Positions 29,620 to 42,138 of a stretch of 64,000 nt of DNA are shown here, one piece after another. How positions within the stretch are numbered: the first letter of the stretch is position 1; the number at the start of each line of letters is the position of its first letter. This stretch comes from an uncultured Phycisphaerales bacterium. Its GTDB lineage: Bacteria > Planctomycetota > Phycisphaerae > Phycisphaerales > SM1A02. The position numbers were made by a program, and so were the translations under genes. The notes beneath the pieces were generated by a model. The model worked only from the letters and a program-made list of their open reading frames with translations, ran no database searches and was not told where the DNA came from. The DNA lies in contig CALKEP010000002.1 of assembly GCA_938084645.1 (NCBI GenBank), forward strand, positions 64,001 to 128,000. Direction: 5' to 3'.

Positions 29620-30645
29620 TCACTGCCGATCCGAATATTCGAGGACGAGCCCGCGGTGGCCTCCCGATCCCGGGTCGAACACCCGGATCGTCGCCGGAAC
29701 GAAGCGGGAGGCCGCGAGGGCGAAGTCGATCCGGAGCCACGGAGACGAACGTGGCCAGGTACCTCCCCAACCACGGCCGGCGTTCCGAAACGCATCCTCG
29801 AATCCCGGCGCGAGCATCGCGACCCCGGGTGAACGAGGGGTCATGTTGAGGTCGCCGAGAACGATTTCCGGCTGGATCGGCTCGAGACGCCTCGCGACCT
29901 GCCTCGACATGTCCAGTCGATCGATGCGTTGCTCCGACGGAAGGTCGACGACGAGGATGTGCCCCGGGAACGACGAGTCCTGGGGTACGTCCAGTCGGAT
30001 CTCGACCGCCTGAGGTGGCGACTTGACCGACCCGATCTCGAGGCCCCCCAGCGATTCGACCATCCGCATCGAACGAATCCCGTATCGAGACGCGACGAGG
30101 ACCGAGCCCACCCACCGAATCTGAAGCCTGCCTTCGCGCACTTCCGCCGACTGCCGCCACGCGCTGGGGATCCTCCAACCCGGGTTCACGAGCACGGTGA
30201 CGTCGGCGTCGAGTTCGATGAGGCGGCCGAGGACACGATCGCAGTCACGAACGCCCTCCACCTGCCGCTCCCCGGGATCGTTGGCGTTCAGGAACACGAG
30301 GGCCCGGGCGCCTTCCACGGCCCGGTACGGCATCCCCAGATCACGCTGAAACGTACCGACCAACGGGCCCACGGCCGCGAGCGTCGTGAGGGCGACGCAC
30401 CGCCAACGCCTCGGATCGCGGCCAGGAACACTGACCGCGACGGCGAGCAGCAGGCAGAACCCGACCGCGGACAGCCACGCCCAGTCGGGCACGAGCCCGA
30501 TCAGCTGGAAGCGGCCACCGAGGGCGGCGACCACCGGCGTGCCCGCCCAGCCCACGGAAAGCGCGATCGCCACGAGGGCCGGCCAGATGGCCAGCGGGAG
30601 CCCGGGGGCCGGTTCTCGTCGGTTCGGTGCCTTCACCGGTGCCAA
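29620..30645 (-). CDS. Membrane-anchored endonuclease/exonuclease/phosphatase family protein (start uncertain)
   Basis: N-terminal TM segments; 'IVLGDLN', 'GTWP', 'RIDFAL', 'GHRGL'. Confidence 0.8.
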   Translation of the reverse strand: MAPVKAPNRREPAPGLPLAIWPALVAIALSVGWAGTPVVAALGGRFQLIGLVPDWAWLSAVGFCLLLAVAVSVPGRDPRRWRCVALTTLAAVGPLVGTFQRDLGMPYRAVEGARALVFLNANDPGERQVEGVRDCDRVLGRLIELDADVTVLVNPGWRIPSAWRQSAEVREGRLQIRWVGSVLVASRYGIRSMRMVESLGGLEIGSVKSPPQAVEIRLDVPQDSSFPGHILVVDLPSEQRIDRLDMSRQVARRLEPIQPEIVLGDLNMTPRSPGVAMLAPGFEDAFRNAGRGWGGTWPRSSPWLRIDFALAASRFVPATIRVFDPGSGGHRGLVLEYSDRQ

Positions 30646-30702
30646 ATCGGCAGAACCCCCCTCCCGACACCCCCAGAAATCGATGAGAACCACAGGTTGA
30701 TT

Positions 30703-30719
30703 CTGGCATCGCCCTTGCG
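30703..30719 (+). promoter_or_regulatory. Putative sigma54 (-24/-12) promoter of dnaK
   Basis: CTGGCATCGCCCTTGCG matches TGGCAC-N5-TTGC with exact GG-N10-GC spacing. Confidence 0.65.
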
Positions 30720-30890
30720 ACTCCTCTCCCGTACCCGCAAAAGGGTGTCAGAGGCCCCTGAGTCGACGAAAGCGACCCCGTTCGATCCCACGCGGATCGG
30801 ACCTCTCAGGGCGGACACCGCGGAACAGCGTCGCGGCGACGCGGCGCCCATCCCATCGAGACAAGCACCTGATCGGAAAGGTCAACAACC

Positions 30891-32804
<1,914 letters not shown>

Positions 32805-32836
32805 TCCTCCTCACGCTCGATGGACTCGACTGCAGC

Positions 32837-32874
32837 ACGGCGGGGTTCCGACCAGGGAACCCCGCCGTCTTCGT
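32837..32874 (+). terminator. Hairpin, probable terminator after dnaK
   Basis: Perfect 13-bp stem ACGGCGGGGTTCC/GGAACCCCGCCGT with 6-nt loop; weak T tail. Confidence 0.65.
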
Positions 32875-33107
32875 CAGGGGGAACCGCCGATCGGAGCGGT
32901 TCACCCGCAGGGCGATGATTCGCGACTGAAGACCGCGAGATCCCGGTCCCTGAACAGGTTCCTCCGAGATTTCGATTCCGCCTGCTTTTGATAAGATGGA
33001 CCGGCTCCGCGGAATTCCGCCCGAATCGGATTTCCGAAGACCCGGCCGATCGGCCGGTGACCTCACTCCGGGGCGGAAGCCCCTTCGATCTCGAACCCTG
33101 CTCCCCC

Positions 33108-34865
33108 ATGGAAGTCATTCGCGGCATCCCGGTCTCCTCCGGCATCGTCTTCGGGCGGGTCTTTCGACTCGGCCAGGCCGAGCAGCGGGTGTCGCATCGA
33201 CGGATCGAGGCCACGGACTGCGAATCCGAGATCGACCGGGTCGACGCCGCCTTCGAGGAGGCGATCGCCGAGCTCGAGCAACTGCGGGACCGGACCCGCA
33301 TCCAGCTCGGCGCCGAACCCGCGAAGATCTTCGAGTTCCACGTCGGACTGCTTCGGGATCCCTCCCTTCGAGATCCCATTCGAGAGCGGATCCGAACCGA
33401 CCTCGTCGTCGCGGAGTGGGCCGTCGCCGACCAGTTCAAGACGATCGCGGACCAGTTCGCGGCGATGGGCAGTGAGGTGTTCGCCCAGAAGACCGCCGAC
33501 ATCATCGATCTCGATCGACGGATCCTCGACAAACTGATGGGCGAAACGACCAGCCGGCTCGCCAATCTCACCGAACCGGTGGTGATCGTCGCCCACGAAC
33601 TCACCCCGAGCCAGACGGCGGGCATGGACCGGAGCAAGGTGCTCGGATTCGCGACCGATGCGGGCGGTCGGACCAGTCACGTCTCGATCGTCGCTCGGGC
33701 GATCGACATCCCCGCGGTGGTCGGATGTCACCGCGTGAGCCGGGGTGTCGAGAACGGTGACCTCGTGATCGTCGACGGCGACGCGGGCACGGTGATCGTC
33801 GATCCGGATCCCGAGACCATCGCCGAGTACGAAGCCCGGCAGTCGAAGGTCAGCGAGTTTCGAGCGGGCCTCCGGGAAACCGCGTCCCTCGACGCGGTCA
33901 CCACCGACGGCGTCGAGGTCTCGCTGCTCGGGAACATCGAGTTCCCCGACGAGATCGAGTCCGTGCTCGACAACGGTGGAGGCGGCGTCGGACTCTACCG
34001 CACCGAGTTCCTCTACCTGACCAGCGGGCATGCGCCGGACGAGGAGGCGCACTACGACGCGTACCGGACGGCGATCAAGATGCTCGACGGTCGCCCCCTG
34101 GTCATCCGCACGCAGGACCTCGGCGCGGACAAGTACACGCAGGAACAGGCGGAGCAACCCGAACGGAATCCGTTCCTCGGCTGTCGCTCCATCCGCTATT
34201 CGTTGCTGCACCTGAAGGAGTTCAAGACGCAGCTCCGGGCGATCCTGCGGGCCGCCTCGCACGGCCCGGTGAAGGTCATGTTCCCACTGGTCTCGACCGT
34301 CATGGAGATCCGGCAGGCGAAGATGCTGCTGGCCGACGTGGCCGAGGAATTGGACGAGGAGGGGATTCCCCGAGGGACCGACGTGTCCATCGGCATGATG
34401 GTGGAGGTGCCCTCCGCGGCCCTGATGGCGCGTGCATTCTCCAACGAAGTCGAATTCTTCTCGATCGGCACGAATGACCTCATCCAGTACACGCTGGCGG
34501 TCGATCGAGGTAATGAGCGGGTGGCGAATCTGTACACCGGGGCGAGCCCGGCCGTCCTCCAGCTCATCAAGACCGTGATTCGAGCCGCACGACGGCGCGA
34601 CGTGGCGGTCTCGATCTGCGGTGAGATCGCAGGAGAGCCGATTTACACCATGTTGCTGCTGGGACTCGGTTTGCGTACACTCTCACTGGTACCGACCCAG
34701 ATTCCCCTCATCAAGAAGGTCGTCAGGTCGGTCTCGATCAAACATTGCGAACGCATCGCCCGAAAGGTCGGTACGTTCGATTCCGAGCGACAGGTCCTCA
34801 ACTACCTCCGCGACGAACTCAGAAAAATCGACCCCGGATCACCCGGCGGATGGACCGCCGAGTGA
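33108..34865 (+). CDS. ptsI: PEP-protein phosphotransferase (PTS enzyme I)
   Basis: 'GGRTSHVSI', 'GVGLYRTEFL', 'NPFLGCRSIR', 'SIGTNDLIQY', 'ICGE'. Confidence 0.95.
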   Translation: MEVIRGIPVSSGIVFGRVFRLGQAEQRVSHRRIEATDCESEIDRVDAAFEEAIAELEQLRDRTRIQLGAEPAKIFEFHVGLLRDPSLRDPIRERIRTDLVVAEWAVADQFKTIADQFAAMGSEVFAQKTADIIDLDRRILDKLMGETTSRLANLTEPVVIVAHELTPSQTAGMDRSKVLGFATDAGGRTSHVSIVARAIDIPAVVGCHRVSRGVENGDLVIVDGDAGTVIVDPDPETIAEYEARQSKVSEFRAGLRETASLDAVTTDGVEVSLLGNIEFPDEIESVLDNGGGGVGLYRTEFLYLTSGHAPDEEAHYDAYRTAIKMLDGRPLVIRTQDLGADKYTQEQAEQPERNPFLGCRSIRYSLLHLKEFKTQLRAILRAASHGPVKVMFPLVSTVMEIRQAKMLLADVAEELDEEGIPRGTDVSIGMMVEVPSAALMARAFSNEVEFFSIGTNDLIQYTLAVDRGNERVANLYTGASPAVLQLIKTVIRAARRRDVAVSICGEIAGEPIYTMLLLGLGLRTLSLVPTQIPLIKKVVRSVSIKHCERIARKVGTFDSERQVLNYLRDELRKIDPGSPGGWTAE

Positions 34866-35349
34866 AGGGGAAGTCAGGAACAAAGGACCGCTTCGACGGG
34901 ACGTGAGTCACACGTTCGTCGAGGAGGGACACGAATCAGGTGACCGAGGAGCCTCGCTCCCCGGCCACGGCAGGCGACCGAGATCGCCGCTCGAATCGGG
35001 CGACGTCGACGCGACGCCCCGGGAATCCAGCCTCTTCGGGAGGCGACTCCGCCTTTCGCGGAGGAGATGGATTGCTCGGGATCGCCGACCGATACGCCGG
35101 TGAATGCCGGCTCCGTTTCGATCTGGAGGATCTCGAATCGAATCGAGGATCGATCGGCACCGCCTCGCGGGGCCGGATCGAACCCTCGGTCGGCGACCGC
35201 GACGCGGTCAGCCCTCCTTCCAGTGCGATGCACCGGAATCCTGCTCCGATCCAGGCCGACCGACGATGCACGCCCCAGGTGCGTCGGATCACGACCGAGC
35301 CCGGCGTCCCCTCGACGACATCCGATCACGACCTTGCTTGAAAGCGGTC

Positions 35350-38300
35350 ATGGAGACGACCATGACCATGAGCGACAACGACTCGGACGCCGGCGAATCA
35401 TCCGCCGCACAACCTTCGGACACCGAGGCCTCGGCCGGGTCCAAGAAGACTTCCAAGAAGTCGACGACCAAGAAGACCACGACCAAGAAGTCGACGGCCA
35501 AGAAGGCCACGACCAAGAAGTCGACCGCCAAGAAGACGACCAAGAAGAAGACGACCAAGAAGACCACGGCGAAGAAGACGACCAAGAAGAAGACGACCAG
35601 GAAGGCCTCCGATCGAGCGGCGTCCGAGTCCGAATCCGATGCCGGCATCGAGGCGGGAACCACGACCGAAGCGACCTCCGAGACGCCGCTCGATGCCCCG
35701 GGCATCGCGGAGACGTCGGAGCCGTCCGCGGAGACGCCCGTCGATGCCGAGACCGATGGCGAGACCGATGCCGAGGACGGGGCCGGTCCCCGGAAGAAGC
35801 GATCTCGCCGAGGCGGATCCCGACGCCGGAAGCGCGATTCCAACGAGACCGATGCCGAGACCGCCGATGCCGCCACCGAGGAGGCCGATGAGGCGGATGC
35901 CGACCCCGAGGCAAGCGAGGCCGAAGAGAAGAAGTCCGGCTCGTCGGCCAAGAAGAGCCGATCCCGTCGGGAGTGGAAGCGCCCCGATCGGGCCGCGATC
36001 GAAGTGACCCCCACCGGCCCGACCGCCCCCGCGGGCAGTCGGGTCCTCCTCGTCGATGACGTGCCGGGCGAATCCTGTCGGATCGCGATTCTCGAGAAGG
36101 GACGCCTCGAGGAGCTGTTCGTCGAACGGTCCCAGAGCGCGACCGCCGTCGGCAACATCTACAAGGCCCGCGTGGTCAACGTCGAGTCCTCGATCCAGGC
36201 CGCCTTCGTCGACTACGGCCAGGGCATGAACGGCTTCCTCCACGTCTCCGACCTTCACCCCCGCTACTTCCCAGGCGGCGACAAGACCGAGAAGGTCGGT
36301 CGCAAGACCCCCAGACGGGAGCGGCCCCCGATCCAGGACGCCCTGAAGAAGGGACAGGAGATCCTGGTGCAGGTCCTCAAGCAGGGCGTCGGCACCAAGG
36401 GCCCCACCGTCACGAGCTACCTCTCGATCCCGGGCCGCCTCCTGGTGATGATGCCGGGCATGGACCGGGTCGGGGTGAGTCGCAAGGTCGACGACGACCA
36501 GCGCGAGAAGATGCGGAAGATCCTCGACGAACTGGACCTTCCCGAAGGCTTCGGCTTCATCGTCCGCACCGCCGGATACGACAAGACCAAGACCGAACTC
36601 AAGCGGGACGCGGCCTACCTGAAGCGCCTCTGGACCCAGCTCGAGAAGCGGATGGACAGGGTCGGCGCCCCCTCGGAGCTCTACACCGAGGGCGATCTGG
36701 TGGTCAGGACCATCCGCGACGTGGTCGACGCGTCGATCGATTCGATCGTGATCAACAGCCAGACGGGATTCGAACGGGCCCGCACGTTCCTCTCCGTGGT
36801 CTCTCCGAAGTCGGGCCCCAAGGTCCGCTACTACGACAAGCCGATTCCGCTCTTCGACGCCTTCGACGTCGAACGGCAGATCGATCTCATCCACGCCCGG
36901 GAGGTCCCGCTGCGTTCCGGCGGCGCCCTGGTGATCGACCAGACCGAGGCGATGGTCGCGATCGACGTCAACTCGGGCCGGAGCCGTGGGGCCCGCGACG
37001 CGGAGAGCAACGCGGTCTCCACCAACCGCGAAGCCGCCGACGAGATCGTCCGGCAGCTTCGACTCCGCGACCAGGGCGGACTCGTGGTCTGTGACTTCAT
37101 CGACATGCGTTTCGCGCGGAATCGCAAGGAGATCGAGGATCGACTTGCCGAGAATCTCCGCCAGGATCGGGCCCGGACCACGTTCCTTCCGATCAGCGAG
37201 TTCGGACTCGTCGAGATGACCCGGCAGCGGATCCGTCCGAGCATCCGCTCCCAGTACTTCGCACCCTGCCAGTCCTGCGCCGGCCTCGGTGAGATCCGGA
37301 ATCCCGATTCCGTGGCCGCCGACGCGGTACGCCGAGCCGCCCGCATTCTCGCAGTCGACAAGGTCGAGCGGGTCGAACTCGTGTGCGGCACCCGGGTCGC
37401 CAGCGCCCTGCTGAGCGGACATCGTCGTCGAATCGACGACCTCGAACGCCGAAGCGGCGGCCGGATCGACATCCGGATCTCCGAGCAGATCGGTGCCGAT
37501 CGATTCGACGTGTACGCCTACGACGATCGAAACGCCGACATCGACATCTCCCGACTCGCCACCCTGAAGACCCCGGTCCTCACCGATTTCGTCGAGTCAC
37601 TCGACGACGTCGCGGAGGAGGTGGAGGACGATGTGTCCACCGGCGACGGCCGACGACGACGACGACGACGACGCAAGCCCGCCCCGGCGGACGTGGTCTC
37701 GATCGCGATGGCCGGCGGCTTCGACATCGAAGACGACGAGGACGACGACGACGAAGAGACGATCGCCGAGAAGCTCGCGAAGCCGAACGACGACGACGAG
37801 GATCAGACTCCGGAGGGCGACGGCCGAAAGCGTCGCCGTCGACGCCGACGGCGGGGTCGTGGCAGCCGGTCCGGCGAGGAAGGTGATTCGACCGTGTCGA
37901 CACCGACCTCGGCATCGGACGAATCGCCCGAGGCGGCGCCCGCCGAACCCGAATCACCGATCCGCGTCCACGCCCTCGCGAAGGAGCTGGAGATCACCAG
38001 CAAGGAGATCCTCGCCGCGGTCGCGGAGAAGCTCGAGTCACTCGAACTGAAGAACCACATGTCATCCATTCCGGGCGACTTCGTCAGGACGGTCCGGAGT
38101 TTCTTCGCTCCCGAGCCCCCGGAAGCATCCGACGTCGACGCCGCCGAGCCGGTGACGGCCACCGAGGACGCATCCGCGACGCCGCCGGTCGGCGAAGGCG
38201 GCGAGGAGGGCGAAGACGGCGGACCGAAGAAGAAGCGTCGCCGCCGACGGCGCGGTGGCCGCCGACGAAGGCGACGCTCCGACGATGACGCGGAAGGCGG

Positions 38301-38610
38301 CGAGTCCGGCGAAGGTGGGAACGACGAGCGCCGACATTCGGCCGAAGCGTCGGACGAGGATTCGAACGAGGCTTCGGACGACGACGACTCGACGGAACCG
38401 CGATCCGCGCCCGTGTCGGTCCAAGCCCCCGAAGCATCGGCCGACGTCGAGCGCGACGACGAACCGGACGCCTCCGATTCCGAAGAATCGGAGAACGCGG
38501 TCGCGGTCGTGGAGACCGCCGCGGTTCCGATCAAGCCGAAGAAGCGATCACTCTACGGTGGCCGATTCCAGCGTCGATCCCCCGGACAGTCGAACCCGAG
38601 TGATCGCTGA
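35350..38610 (+). CDS. rne: Ribonuclease E/G family with long disordered N- and C-terminal extensions
   Basis: S1 'GNIYKARV...QAAFVDYG...GFLHVSD', 'AIDVNSG', 'DFIDM', '[10 protein letters not shown]', CxxC Zn link. Confidence 0.93.
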   Translation: METTMTMSDNDSDAGESSAAQPSDTEASAGSKKTSKKSTTKKTTTKKSTAKKATTKKSTAKKTTKKKTTKKTTAKKTTKKKTTRKASDRAASESESDAGIEAGTTTEATSETPLDAPGIAETSEPSAETPVDAETDGETDAEDGAGPRKKRSRRGGSRRRKRDSNETDAETADAATEEADEADADPEASEAEEKKSGSSAKKSRSRREWKRPDRAAIEVTPTGPTAPAGSRVLLVDDVPGESCRIAILEKGRLEELFVERSQSATAVGNIYKARVVNVESSIQAAFVDYGQGMNGFLHVSDLHPRYFPGGDKTEKVGRKTPRRERPPIQDALKKGQEILVQVLKQGVGTKGPTVTSYLSIPGRLLVMMPGMDRVGVSRKVDDDQREKMRKILDELDLPEGFGFIVRTAGYDKTKTELKRDAAYLKRLWTQLEKRMDRVGAPSELYTEGDLVVRTIRDVVDASIDSIVINSQTGFERARTFLSVVSPKSGPKVRYYDKPIPLFDAFDVERQIDLIHAREVPLRSGGALVIDQTEAMVAIDVNSGRSRGARDAESNAVSTNREAADEIVRQLRLRDQGGLVVCDFIDMRFARNRKEIEDRLAENLRQDRARTTFLPISEFGLVEMTRQRIRPSIRSQYFAPCQSCAGLGEIRNPDSVAADAVRRAARILAVDKVERVELVCGTRVASALLSGHRRRIDDLERRSGGRIDIRISEQIGADRFDVYAYDDRNADIDISRLATLKTPVLTDFVESLDDVAEEVEDDVSTGDGRRRRRRRRKPAPADVVSIAMAGGFDIEDDEDDDDEETIAEKLAKPNDDDEDQTPEGDGRKRRRRRRRRGRGSRSGEEGDSTVSTPTSASDESPEAAPAEPESPIRVHALAKELEITSKEILAAVAEKLESLELKNHMSSIPGDFVRTVRSFFAPEPPEASDVDAAEPVTATEDASATPPVGEGGEEGEDGGPKKKRRRRRRGGRRRRRRSDDDAEGGESGEGGNDERRHSAEASDEDSNEASDDDDSTEPRSAPVSVQAPEASADVERDDEPDASDSEESENAVAVVETAAVPIKPKKRSLYGGRFQRRSPGQSNPSDR
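35443..35604 (+). repeat. Coding tandem repeat (12-15 nt units, AAGAAG-N6/9) giving histone-H1-like KK(S/T/A)T(T/A) repeats in RNase E
   Basis: About 11 consecutive units read directly. Confidence 0.9.
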
Positions 38611-38667
38611 GTCCGGTCCGATCGTTCACCCTCCGGCGGATCACGGGAATCGAGGAAGCCCAGTCGG

Positions 38668-39888
38668 ATGAAGCAGTCGTCTCGAAACATCGCCGAATCG
38701 AATGATCCAAGACGGATCATCATCCTCGGCTCGACCGGCTCCATCGGCGTCGGCGCGCTCGACGTCGTCGCCCATCTCGCGGCCGCCGAGAAGAGACCCG
38801 GCGAATCGACGCCGACCTTCGAGGTCGTGGGACTCGCCGCGGGAAGTCGGGCCGACGTCCTCGAGCAGCAGGCCGATCGATTCGCGGTCCGTGACGTGGC
38901 CCTCGCGGATCCTGACGCGGCGGCGGCACTGTCGACCGATCGTTCGATCCGCACCGGCCCGGACGCCGCGGTCCGACTCGTCGAGGACGTCGCGCGGCCG
39001 GGCGATCTGGTGGTCGCCGCGATGGTCGGCGCCGCCGGCATACCCTCGGCGCTCGCGGCGATCGCGCGGGGCTGCGACATCGCGCTGGCGAACAAGGAGA
39101 CGCTGGTCGCCGCGGGAGAGCTGGTGACCACCGCGGCCGCGGATGCCGGTGTCGAGATCATTCCGATCGACAGCGAACACGCCGCACTTCACCAATGCCT
39201 CCGTTCCGGGCGCGACGCACGGGAGGTGTCCCGACTCGTCCTCACCGCGTCCGGCGGCCCCTTCCGGACCTGGACCGCGGATCGGATCCGGAACGCGACG
39301 GTCGAGGAGGCGTTGAACCATCCGACCTGGAAGATGGGCCCGAAGGTCACCATCGACTCCGCGACGATGATGAACAAGGGACTCGAACTGATCGAGGCCC
39401 ACTGGTTGTTCGGCATCGACGCGGATCGTCTCGAGGCGATCATCCATCCGCAGTCGATCGTCCACTCCTTCGTCGAGTTCCTCGATGGATCGTCGCTCGC
39501 CCAGTTGTCACCCCCCGACATGCGGATGCCGATCCAGTACGCGCTCTGCCACCCGATCCGGGTGCCGGGCTGCGCCCCCTCCATGGACTACCAGACGCTG
39601 CGGGAACTCGTCTTCGAACCCGTCGATCACGACCGCTTCCCCTCCATCGAGATCGCTCGACGCGTGATTCGGGCCGGCGGCACCGCCGGCGCGATCTTCA
39701 ACGCCGCCAACGAGGTCGCCGCCGAGGCCTTCTGCGATGGCGGCATGCCGTTCGGCCGGATCGCGGAAGTGGTCGCGGACGTGGTCGATCGAGTCCCCAT
39801 CGGACCGGCGTCCGATCTCGACGCCGTGATGGCGGCCGACGCGGCGGCGCGAGAAGCCGCCCGCGCCCATTCGTCGATCGACGCCTGA
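38668..39888 (+). CDS. dxr: 1-deoxy-D-xylulose 5-phosphate reductoisomerase
   Basis: 'LGSTGSIG', 'LANKETLV', 'PIDSEH', 'HPTWKMGPKVTIDSATMMNKGLE'. Confidence 0.98.
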   Translation: MKQSSRNIAESNDPRRIIILGSTGSIGVGALDVVAHLAAAEKRPGESTPTFEVVGLAAGSRADVLEQQADRFAVRDVALADPDAAAALSTDRSIRTGPDAAVRLVEDVARPGDLVVAAMVGAAGIPSALAAIARGCDIALANKETLVAAGELVTTAAADAGVEIIPIDSEHAALHQCLRSGRDAREVSRLVLTASGGPFRTWTADRIRNATVEEALNHPTWKMGPKVTIDSATMMNKGLELIEAHWLFGIDADRLEAIIHPQSIVHSFVEFLDGSSLAQLSPPDMRMPIQYALCHPIRVPGCAPSMDYQTLRELVFEPVDHDRFPSIEIARRVIRAGGTAGAIFNAANEVAAEAFCDGGMPFGRIAEVVADVVDRVPIGPASDLDAVMAADAAAREAARAHSSIDA

Positions 39889-40059
39889 TCCGCATCGGGA
39901 TCGATTTCGACCACGAGATCGGCCGACCCGCGAACCCGAAGGCATTCACCGTCGAACTGATCCGGGAAGCCCTCCTGCTCCCCGGCTATCCTCTGGCCCC
40001 GACCGTTCGGTCGACCTCGACCTCCGTGTTCCCGATCGGGAACCAATGAAGGATCCCGC

Positions 40060-42138
40060 GTGGACATTCTCGGCACCGGCAGCAACATCCTCCTGATCAT
40101 TCTCGGCTTCGGACTGCTCATCGCGCTCCACGAACTCGGCCACTTCATCGCGGCCCGCTGGGCGGGCATCCGCGCCGACGGGTTCGCGATCGGCATGGGG
40201 CCGGTCGTCGCCAGCTATCGCGGCGGCGTCGGATTCCGATTCGGCGCGTGCGATGACGTGGTCAAGAAGCGGCTCGGTCGTTTCCCCATCGAACTCAGCG
40301 ACGCGGAGATGGCGAAGGAGGGCCTCGGGGAGACCCAGTACTCCCTGCGACTGCTTCCGATCGGCGGGTACGTCCGGATGCTCGGGCAGGAGGACGGCAA
40401 TCCGAACGCGACGAGCAAGGACGCCCGGAGCTACACCAGCGTCAGCGTCGGCAAGCGAATGGTGGTGGTGAGCGCCGGCGTGGTGATGAACCTCCTCACC
40501 GCGATCGTGATGTTCGTCGTCGCGTTCATGGTCGGCGTCCGGTTCGAGGCTCCGGTGGTCGGTCCGGTCCAGCCCGACTCGCCCGCCGCCGTTGCACCTT
40601 CGCTGACCGAAGGCGTGGCGCCGGGAATCCGCCCCGGCGACCGGATCACCCGGATCGGCGACTCGGACATCATGACGTTCTCCGACGTGATGATCGAATC
40701 CGCGATGAGCGTCCCCGAGCGACCGCTCAGCATCGAGGTCGATCGACCCGGGCGGGACACTCCGCTGCGATTCGAGGTCGAGCCCGCGTACGACGAACGG
40801 ATGAACATGCGGATGATCGGCATCGCGCCCGCCGCCAGCAACCAGCTCGCGTCGGATCCGCAGCTCGAGGCACCGCTCGAGACCATGTTCGACGCGTCGA
40901 TGGCCGATCGCATGCCCGGCCGGACCATCGTGTCCGCGGGCTCGACCACCGTCGGCACCTGGGAGGCCTTCGACGAGGCGATGATCGCGTCGAACGGCCG
41001 GCCCGTGGAGGTCGGCTTCGGACCGGGGCGCGAAGGCGAACCCGCATTCGCCGTCACCATGACCGCCGACCCGGTCTACGAACGCATCCTCTACGCGGAG
41101 CCGCAACCCGAGGGCGCCGGCGACTGGGAATCCGGCCTGCTCGGACTGACGCCGCTGATCAGGATCACCGGCGTCGTCGATGGAAGCCGCAACACGGAGG
41201 TCCTCGCCGCCGGCGACATCGTGCTGCAGGTCGCGGACGTCGCGGGACCTCGCATGTCGGAGTTCCGTGCCGCCCTGATGGCCCGGCCCGGTCGAACGAT
41301 CCCGATCCTCGTGGAACGCGACGGCGTCGAACGACGCGTCGAGGCGAGGACGGATGCCGAAGGCCGACTCGGCGTGATGGTGAACTACGCGCTCGACGAT
41401 CCTCGAATCGCCCGTCCGTTCGAGGTCGTGGGCGGCGACGAACCGATGCCGGCGTCGATCGCGGCGCTTCGGCTGATGCCCCGCACTCGGATCGATGCGG
41501 TGGGGTCGACCCCGGTCGAGGACTGGGCCTCGTTCCGCGCCGCGTTGCTCGATGCCGTCGCGACCGACGGGCCGACCGAAACGGAATTCACCTGGACGCT
41601 GCCCGTGGCCGACGCCGCCGCGGAGTCCGGGACGATCACGATCTCCAAGGCCGAGGGCGATCGGCTTCGCAGCCTCGGCTGGACCGCACCACTTCCGGGG
41701 AACTGGTTCGAGCCGCTTCAGACGACCCTGTCCGCCGGTGGTGATCCGATCCTCGCGACCGCCATGGGATTCCGACAGACCTGGAAGATGGTGGTGCTCA
41801 CCTACCTGACCATCGACCGGCTCGTCGGCGGTTCGGTCAGCGTCAAGCAGCTTCACGGGCCGGTCGGCATCGTGCACATCGGCACCCGGGTGGCGGATCG
41901 CGGCTTCATGTACCTGATCTTCTTCCTCGCGATGATCAGCGTGAATCTCGCGGTGCTGAACTTCCTGCCGCTCCCGATCGTCGACGGCGGGCTGTTCCTG
42001 TTCCTGCTCTACGAGAAGTTCTTCAAGAAGCCACCCTCCATCGCGTTCCAGAACGCGGCGACCCTCGTCGGGCTGGCCCTGATCGGCACGCTCTTCGTGG
42101 TCACGTTCTACAACGACGTGCTGAGGCTCGCAGGATGA
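40060..42138 (+). CDS. rseP: Site-2 (M50) intramembrane protease with PDZ-like domains
   Basis: 'HELGHF', 'LPIGGYVRM', 'NFLPLPIVDGG'; follows dxr as is usual. Confidence 0.92.
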   Translation: MDILGTGSNILLIILGFGLLIALHELGHFIAARWAGIRADGFAIGMGPVVASYRGGVGFRFGACDDVVKKRLGRFPIELSDAEMAKEGLGETQYSLRLLPIGGYVRMLGQEDGNPNATSKDARSYTSVSVGKRMVVVSAGVVMNLLTAIVMFVVAFMVGVRFEAPVVGPVQPDSPAAVAPSLTEGVAPGIRPGDRITRIGDSDIMTFSDVMIESAMSVPERPLSIEVDRPGRDTPLRFEVEPAYDERMNMRMIGIAPAASNQLASDPQLEAPLETMFDASMADRMPGRTIVSAGSTTVGTWEAFDEAMIASNGRPVEVGFGPGREGEPAFAVTMTADPVYERILYAEPQPEGAGDWESGLLGLTPLIRITGVVDGSRNTEVLAAGDIVLQVADVAGPRMSEFRAALMARPGRTIPILVERDGVERRVEARTDAEGRLGVMVNYALDDPRIARPFEVVGGDEPMPASIAALRLMPRTRIDAVGSTPVEDWASFRAALLDAVATDGPTETEFTWTLPVADAAAESGTITISKAEGDRLRSLGWTAPLPGNWFEPLQTTLSAGGDPILATAMGFRQTWKMVVLTYLTIDRLVGGSVSVKQLHGPVGIVHIGTRVADRGFMYLIFFLAMISVNLAVLNFLPLPIVDGGLFLFLLYEKFFKKPPSIAFQNAATLVGLALIGTLFVVTFYNDVLRLAG

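Noticed and set aside
35443..35604. Tandem repeats here and at 49265-49369 as CRISPR-like arrays
   Set aside because: No spacers, units are multiples of 3 inside coding frames, no cas genes
37651..37674. (CGA)7 microsatellite as a phase-variation switch
   Set aside because: Trinucleotide unit encoding poly-Arg; slippage keeps the reading frame
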